From assembly GCA_025774615.1 (NCBI GenBank), contig JALGVQ010000019.1, positions 1 through 50,018 on the forward strand: a DNA stretch of 50,018 nt, given 5' to 3'. The position numbers and the translations under genes were made by a program. The notes below the pieces were generated by a model. It was not told the DNA's origin, searched no databases, and saw only the letters and a list, made by a program, of their open reading frames with translations. Below are positions 43,940-50,018 of this stretch, piece by piece (within the stretch, counting starts at the first letter, position 1; each line of letters starts with the position of its first letter). Source of the stretch: a bacterium (lineage in GTDB: Bacteria > Blakebacterota > Blakebacteria > Blakebacterales > Blakebacteraceae).

Positions 43940-46643
43940 ATGGAAACGGATCCTTCCCGGGGCGAGAATCCAGAGGCGGCTTTCGAAGTCTCGGAACAAC
44001 GCTGGCGATCCCTTGTGGATCATGCCCCGAGCATCATTACCGTCGTGAAGGCCGACCTGACGATCGAGTACATCAACCGGCCAGTGCCGGGGCTTGCCCC
44101 TGAAGAGGTCGTGGGTCGTAATGTCCTCGATTTCATCCAGCCTGAATTCCATCAACTGGCAGAGGAGAAGATCAGGTACGTACTCGAAACCGGTGAGCCC
44201 GCATCGTATATCTCACAGGCAACGGGTCCCGATGGCAGTGTTGCCTGGTATGACAATCAACTAGGACCGCTCATGATCGAGGGACGGGTCGATGCAGTCA
44301 CCTTCTTTGCGACTGATATCACTCCCCGGATGATCGCCGAAGAAGCCCTCAGAGAAAGCGAGGAGAAGTTCAGGATCCTGTTCGATCTCTCCCCTTATTC
44401 CATGGTCCTGAGTGATCTTGAGGGCACTATCGAGATCTGTAATCACCAGTTCACGGAACTGCATGCCACCAGGGAAGGACCAGAAACACAGGTGGGCAGG
44501 AATGTGGCGGATTTCTTTCCCGAAGACCAGCGACCACTTCTCGAAGCAACCATAGGGAAGATGATCATGGAGGGAGGACCCCCGGAACGGGTCCAGTACA
44601 CCATGCTGAAAGAGGATGGCACAGAATTTCATGCTGAAGCCATCAGCAGTGTCGGTAAGTCTCCTGGCCCTTGCACATGATATCTCGGAACGGATAGAGG
44701 CCGAGCAGCAGGTGATTGAGAGCGAGCAGCGGCTGGCCCGAATACTTGCTTCCGTCTCCGATGTCGTCTGTGAGGCCGATCTGCAGGGAAATCTGATTTA
44801 CGTCAATGAAACCGGTTACAGGAAATTCGGGTACACGGAGGAAGATTTTGCCAGGGGACTCTCAGTTATCCAGATGATTGCTCCGGAGGATCACGAGCAG
44901 GCGGGCGAAAACCTGAAACGGATACTCACCGGGGAAGATATCGGGGCGAGTGAATATACCGGGATCACCAGGAGTGGCAGGAGATTCCCGATTCTTATCC
45001 ATTCCACTCCCTTCATGAAGGATGGACAGCCTGCCGGACTCATGGCTGTCATCGTGGACATCACCGAGATCAGAGAGTCCCAGGAGTTGGAACAGGTTGT
45101 CACTGAAGAACTCAGAAACGAGAGGGACCGGATTCAGACCATCCTCGATCTGGTGGCTGAAATAGTCGTGGTCCTTGAGAAAGATGGGACCGTTGGTGCC
45201 ATCAACAGAAAGGGCTGCCTGGTTCTGGGATGTCAGGAAGAGGAAATCGTCGGAAAGGACTGGTTCGAGTACTTCATTCCGGCTGAGATAAGTGACTCGG
45301 TTCGGGTCATCTTCGATGAGTTGATAGCAGGCAATATCGATCTGGTTGAACGGTATGAGAACCCTGTCCTGACAGCTTCGGGAGAAGTGCGGATCATCGA
45401 CTGGCACAACAGTGTCCTCTACGATGAGGAGGGCGGAATCCTCAACATCATCTCTTCCGGAACAGATATCACCGACCAGAAGGAGTTGGAACAGCAACTT
45501 ATCCAGGCCCAGAAGATGGAGGCAGTTGGCCGGCTCGCGGGCGGTATCGCTCACGACTTCAACAACCTGCTGACCGTGATCAGCGGCAGTGTTGAACTCG
45601 CTGAGAAGGAATCCGATATATCCGGGATTCAAACACGTCTGGAAACGATCCAGAAGGCTTCCCAGCAAGCTGCCGATCTGACATCCCAGTTGCTCACCTT
45701 CAGCCGGAAGCAGTTCTCCCTCCCGGTTCTGGTCCAATTGAATGCTGCAGTCGATGAATCACTGAAGATCCTGCGCAGGGTGCTGGGTGAGGATGTACAG
45801 CTGGAAATCGAAACAACGAAGGAATCGGTTCCTGTCGAGATCGATCCGGGACAACTCAATCAGGTGCTCATGAACCTGGTGGTTAACGCGAAGGATGCCA
45901 TCACCTCAGGGGGCACTATCAGGATACGGACTGATCGGATCGAACTCGGTCCCGAGATGCTGCAGGCGCGTTCCGATATGGAACCGGGTGAATTCGCTCT
46001 GATGTCCGTTGAAGACACAGGCGAGGGGATGACCCTGGAGCAGAAGGCGAGCATCTTCGATCCCTTCTTTACGACCAAGGAGCCAGGCAAGGGAACAGGA
46101 CTCGGCATGGCGACTGTGTATGGTATCGTCACCCAGCATGGTGGTCTTATCGATGTACAGAGTGAGCTGGGTTCGGGTACTTCGGTACATGTGTATCTCC
46201 CGATCTCATCCCTGGTCGATGAAGAGGTAGAGACAGAGGGCGGGAAGGATACACGGCTCCGAGGATCTGAGAGGATCTGCATCGTGGAGGATGAAGACGC
46301 GGTCCGTGATTTGGCGTCCGAGATCCTCACTGAGTATGGTTATGAAGTGTTCACCCATGGGGATCCCGTTGAAGCTCTTGAGTTGCTCATGGCACTCAAG
46401 AAGAAGGAAAGGCCCGATCTTGTCATCGCCGACGTCATCATGCCCGGTATGAGCGGTGTGCAGATGGTGTCTGAGTTAAAAAGGAAGGCGAAGGGCCTCA
46501 AGGCACTCCTGATGAGCGGCTATACCGATGATGCCCTTGAAGAGAAGGGGCTCGCAGGTACTGAATACGAGCTGCTGATGAAGCCCTTCACGATCGAGGA
46601 ATTATGCCTCAAGGTCCGCAAAGTACTCGATAATACGGACTGA
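43940..46643 (+). pseudogene. hybrid PAS sensor histidine kinase (PAS x4, HisKA, HATPase, receiver) split by a frame shift near 44650-44662
   Basis: ORF 43940..44680 (two PAS domains) ends ...EDGTEFHAEAISSVGKSPGPCT*. ORF 44616..46643 in the +1 frame reads ...SVSLLALAHDISERIEAEQQ, the normal end of a PAS domain plus linker. It continues with two more PAS domains, the H-box GGIAHDFNNLLTVI, G-boxes GTGLGMATVYGIV, and a receiver domain (DLVIADVIMPGMSG ... LLMKPF). Confidence 0.75.
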
Positions 46644-46682
46644 CATTCCAGTGCCCTGTCACGCGACAACCGTCGCATGACA

Positions 46683-47015
46683 CTAGAAACGCTTGATTGC
46701 CTCCTCAACAGTGTCGAAGTATTCCACGAGTTTATACAGGTGAACCAGTTCAAAGACATTCCGCACATTTTTGCTGACGCCGCCGATTTTCAGTGTTCCC
46801 TGGTTCGCCTTGACTGACTTGAGGCAGGAGAGGATCGCGCCCAGCCCAGAGCTGTCGATGAAATCGAGCTGGCTGACATCGAGTACGATGTTCTTCGGTT
46901 TGTCCATGAAAGGAGCGATTCCGAAACGGAAGTCACCGTCATTACTTGCATCAAGTTCCTCGAAAGGAACCTTGATGACTGTGACACCTTTTTTCTTTTC
47001 AGCTGAGAACTCCAT
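46683..47015 (-). CDS. STAS-domain anti-sigma-factor antagonist (RsbV/SpoIIAA-like)
   Basis: 110 aa. LDVSQLDFIDSSGLGAILS contains the conserved phosphorylatable DSSGLG serine region. It lies 6 nt downstream of the phosphatase/kinase gene. Confidence 0.85.
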   Translation of the reverse strand: MEFSAEKKKGVTVIKVPFEELDASNDGDFRFGIAPFMDKPKNIVLDVSQLDFIDSSGLGAILSCLKSVKANQGTLKIGGVSKNVRNVFELVHLYKLVEYFDTVEEAIKRF

Positions 47016-47021
47016 CGGTTG

Positions 47022-48788
47022 TCAGTCTCCTCTCATTTTCGTCAAGGTGACGATGCTCGAACCGTCTTCTTCCTGAGAATAAACAATGCTGTCTACGCTC
47101 TTGTCGATGATGAACAGACCGCGCCCTCCTGAAGCAGTATCCTCGGGGAGAGCAGGAGGGATAAGTGTTGATCTGAGACCCTCTCCAAAGTGTCGCAGGC
47201 GCACCGTGATCCGGTCCTCCTGCGATTCTATGGTGGTTCTGATGGTGCCATCGGGTCGGCCCCTGTAAGAATGTCTCATGATGTTACTGGCCACCTCAGT
47301 TACTGCCAGAATGATCTCAGCCGTCTGATCCGGCCCCAGTATTAATTCTTCTGCCTGACCGACATACTGTTGTATGAACTCACGGATCCTTTTCAGTTCA
47401 GCAAGGCTGCTCGAGGTTTCCAGGGAGTCTTGCTGTCTGATTGAACGAGAATCTGTCGTCTCCAGAGCTATGGCTATGCAGGTCAGGTCATCACGGACCT
47501 GATCTGATTGAGAGAAAGTCGCTACATCTTTCTTGAGCATCTCCACAATATTGATTGGAGTCAGAGTTCCTCCGGTCATAATCAGATCCACTACCCGTTC
47601 CAGGCCATACTGCTCTCCATCAGGAGAACGGGCCTCAGTGACTCCGTCAGAGAAGAAGAGGAATCTGTCTCCCGGGCTGAAGTCGATTGATTTCTGTTGG
47701 TATACCTCATCTGGATTAAACCCGATAGGTGCGTACTCGCTTGTGAGATATTCGATTCTGTTCTTCTCACGCTGGTAATGTATCCCGGGCGGATTTCCGC
47801 AATTCAGATATGTAAGCTCATGGTTATCGAGATCGAATCGTGCGTACAAGACGGTCACGAAGCTTTCAAGGGCGCTCAATTGGTTCGTGAATCGACCGTG
47901 CACAAACCGGACGAGTTCCTCAGGTCGGGGCAGATGGTGATCTTCAGTCGTCACGGCGCTATGCGCCAGTGCCAGCAGGAATCGGCTCTTGGTGGCAGCT
48001 CCGATCATAGCCGCCGGAATACCCTTTCCCATGACATCGCCGACCAGGATGTCGAAGCAGCATTCGCCATGCCGGTAGATGTCATAGAAGTCACCGCTCA
48101 CATGCCGGGCGGTGACTATTTCCGCGCAGAGGGTCGCTCCCTTCAGACTCCGTGGAGTGGCACCGAAGAGCAGCATCTGCTGGACACGCTCGGCTGCCTC
48201 TGTTTCTGCTGTACGGGATCGCTGGAGATCTTCGAGAAGTTCCCGGTTCTCGATCTGTAACTGCAGGGCGCCGTCGACAGCACGGAACATGTTTCCCGAA
48301 AAGACCCAGAGTATCACCATGTATACGATCATCATGGAAGCGATCGCGATCCGGATCTCTGATCCGAGAATAAAGAGAGCAATGCTGAACGGCAGTATGA
48401 CCGGTACAAAGAACCGAGGACTCGCATAACGCAGGGATGCGAAGGTGGCGACGGATCCGGTTGATATGCCTCCAAGGAGAAAACCGACGAACACGGTGTG
48501 AGAAAGGGATTCAGAAGTGATCAACAGAACTCCTCCCGCGCCCCAGAGTACGCCATTCAGCAGGAGGGTAGCATTGAATACGTGAAACCATTGCTGGATC
48601 GAGATATCATCCTGATCCCGTCGACGGAACCGCAGATAACTGATTCCCTGTATGAGGACCGCCCCCAGGGCAGTGCCGGACCAGATAAGGATGACAGGTC
48701 TGTCGGTCTTGCCCCACAGAACGACGACAACAGCAATAAGACAGACAACTGCTCCGATGAGTGCCTGTGGAGTCTGCGCCCAGATCAA
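47022..48788 (-). CDS. membrane-anchored SpoIIE/PP2C phosphatase fused to an RsbW/SpoIIAB-like HATPase kinase domain
   Basis: 588 aa (TTG start as listed; the true start is uncertain). About 170 aa of N-terminal hydrophobic helices. PP2C motifs SGDFYDIY, LVGDVMGKGIPAAM, FFSDGVTEA. C-terminal AVTEVASNIMRHSY ... GGRGLFIIDKSVDSIVY is typical of anti-sigma serine kinases. Confidence 0.8.
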   Translation of the reverse strand: MIWAQTPQALIGAVVCLIAVVVVLWGKTDRPVILIWSGTALGAVLIQGISYLRFRRRDQDDISIQQWFHVFNATLLLNGVLWGAGGVLLITSESLSHTVFVGFLLGGISTGSVATFASLRYASPRFFVPVILPFSIALFILGSEIRIAIASMMIVYMVILWVFSGNMFRAVDGALQLQIENRELLEDLQRSRTAETEAAERVQQMLLFGATPRSLKGATLCAEIVTARHVSGDFYDIYRHGECCFDILVGDVMGKGIPAAMIGAATKSRFLLALAHSAVTTEDHHLPRPEELVRFVHGRFTNQLSALESFVTVLYARFDLDNHELTYLNCGNPPGIHYQREKNRIEYLTSEYAPIGFNPDEVYQQKSIDFSPGDRFLFFSDGVTEARSPDGEQYGLERVVDLIMTGGTLTPINIVEMLKKDVATFSQSDQVRDDLTCIAIALETTDSRSIRQQDSLETSSSLAELKRIREFIQQYVGQAEELILGPDQTAEIILAVTEVASNIMRHSYRGRPDGTIRTTIESQEDRITVRLRHFGEGLRSTLIPPALPEDTASGGRGLFIIDKSVDSIVYSQEEDGSSIVTLTKMRGD

Positions 48789-48920
48789 TCTGAGACGGGC
48801 AACAGTGAGTTGATCGCTTCTGTCGTGGTTAATTGCGGGTTCCCCTTCTTCATGAACAGGTCACCAATTCAGAACAAGGTGAGTCTAGCAGGACCCGCTG
48901 GGTGAAGAAAGGTTTGCCAG

Positions 48921-50018
48921 CTATGCCTGGATCATGCCGCCCTCTTCACCGCCGTGAATCGCTCTCCAGAGCATCCAGACGAGTGCCCCGATCGGGATAA
49001 GGACCAGCAGATGCTGCGGGTAGTGCTCAAGCCAGGCAAGAAATCCGGGGAAGAGCGGGGTGGGCTTGCCCATGAAGAATGCCCAGGCAGCGATAGCGAC
49101 ACCCATCAGCCCCTCACCTCCTACCAGACCTGATCCGAAGAGTATCCCGCCCTCCCGTCTCCGGTGCAGGAGATCGGTGTCATGGGCGCTCCGCTTCTCG
49201 ACTATCCGCCTCATCAGACCACCGATGAAGATAGGAGTCATTGTGGAGAGAGGCAGGTAGACACCTACCGCGAACGCCAGCGGTGGCAGTTTGAACATGA
49301 CGGCCACCATGGTGATCCCCACACCCACCAGCACCAGCGCCCACGGGATCGACTGGTCTATGATCCCGTCAACGACCAGTTTCATCATGTTGGCCTGCGG
49401 AGCAGCGAGCTCAGCTCCGCCGATCTCGTACTGACTGGCCAGCAGGAACACCGATCCGGCGACGAAGAAGGCACAGGTGAGTACGCCGATCACCTCACCT
49501 ATCTGCTGCTTTTGAGGTGTAGCACCGAGGAGGAATCCGGTCTTGATGTCCTGGCTGGTGTCACCGGCGATCGAGGCGGCAACGCCGACCATGGTTCCGA
49601 TCACGATGATGGTCACCTTGCCGGTGATGTCGGTCCAGCCGCCGAGGGCGAAGATGAGGCTCACACAGATCAGTGTGGCGATGATCATCCCCGAAGTCGG
49701 GTTGGATGTCACACCCACCAGCCCGACGATCCGGGCGCTTACGGTGACGAAGAAGAAGGCGAAGATGACAACCATAACGCCGATCCCGAAACGGAGCAGG
49801 AAATTCATCGGTGCGATGGAAGGGAAAAGGAAGGGAAGAATGGTGATGACACCGACAATGATCAGCGCCACGGTGCCTACCACCTTGAGGCTGAGATCCC
49901 GCTCGGTACGTCGTTCGGGAGCTCCACCCAGACCGGCCTGCATCTTCTGTATCCCGACCTGGAACGATTTGATCATGGTCGGGATCGACTTGATAAGGGT
50001 GATGATCCCTGCGCTTGC
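48921..50018 (-). CDS. OPT-family oligopeptide transporter, C-terminal part (5' partial, continues beyond the window end)
   Basis: The reading frame is open to the window edge (ASAGIITLIKSIPTMIKSFQ...). Polytopic. FGSGLVGGEGLMGVAIAAW and GMIIATLI blocks are OPT-like from memory. Confidence 0.7.
   Translation of the reverse strand, partial: ASAGIITLIKSIPTMIKSFQVGIQKMQAGLGGAPERRTERDLSLKVVGTVALIIVGVITILPFLFPSIAPMNFLLRFGIGVMVVIFAFFFVTVSARIVGLVGVTSNPTSGMIIATLICVSLIFALGGWTDITGKVTIIVIGTMVGVAASIAGDTSQDIKTGFLLGATPQKQQIGEVIGVLTCAFFVAGSVFLLASQYEIGGAELAAPQANMMKLVVDGIIDQSIPWALVLVGVGITMVAVMFKLPPLAFAVGVYLPLSTMTPIFIGGLMRRIVEKRSAHDTDLLHRRREGGILFGSGLVGGEGLMGVAIAAWAFFMGKPTPLFPGFLAWLEHYPQHLLVLIPIGALVWMLWRAIHGGEEGGMIQA

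Noticed and set aside
46657-46682. Hairpin TGTCACGCGAC-AACC-GTCGCATGACA between the convergent kinase and STAS genes
   Set aside because: It has an internal mismatch and no flanking T/A runs. It is plausible as a weak terminator but not strong enough to annotate.
1-50018. Scan for CRISPR arrays, rRNA, transposases, integrases, phage structural genes and known multi-gene defence systems
   Set aside because: I saw no regularly spaced direct repeats. No translations had DDE/HUH transposase, tyrosine or serine recombinase, or Cas-like hallmarks. The only defence-like elements are the Fic gene and the AbiEii-like pair reported above.

Overview
This is a densely coding, high-GC bacterial chromosomal fragment. 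Hand counts on sampled 60-nt lines give about 60-65% GC in most genes and about 50% in two blocks. I recognised no rRNA, intact tRNA, CRISPR array, transposase or integrase. Most of the window is a glycan-utilisation region with four kinds of component. (1) Exported glycoside hydrolases and relatives carrying Tat, Sec or lipoprotein signals: GH95- and GH29-type fucosidases, two DUF2961/GH172 proteins, a heparinase II/III-like protein and a BNR_4-like propeller. With them are a six-hairpin GH-like protein with no evident signal peptide, and two proteins of about 780-800 aa that I cannot assign (one a lipoprotein, one without a signal peptide). (2) Uptake systems: an SSF symporter and an Rbs-like ABC ATPase/permease/binding lipoprotein. 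(3) Cytoplasmic sugar enzymes: a FucI-family isomerase, ribulokinase AraB and a partial Gfo/Idh/MocA gene. (4) Three paralogs of the URO-D/MtaA superfamily. Several accessory items are interspersed: a 728-aa KamA-type radical SAM gene in a lower-GC pocket next to a tRNA-3'-end-like relic; a class II Fic gene with its own AT-rich promoter; an AbiEii-like nucleotidyltransferase with a small overlapping upstream partner and a palindrome at its start; a translationally coupled pair of tiny hydrophobic Cys/Gly/Ala-rich ORFs; a Tat-signal aldo/keto reductase coupled to a divergent NRAMP-superfamily transporter; and a lower-GC signalling block (hybrid PAS histidine kinase, STAS protein, fused SpoIIE phosphatase/RsbW-like kinase). 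Two otherwise well-conserved genes, GTP-PEP carboxykinase and the hybrid kinase, are each broken by a single frame shift. No single finding stands out as a clearly novel system. The strongest candidates are the URO-D/MtaA-like paralogs in the glycan locus, the AbiEii-like pair and the tiny ORF pair. All family calls come from reading the translations and recalling family motifs; no database search or computation was possible.
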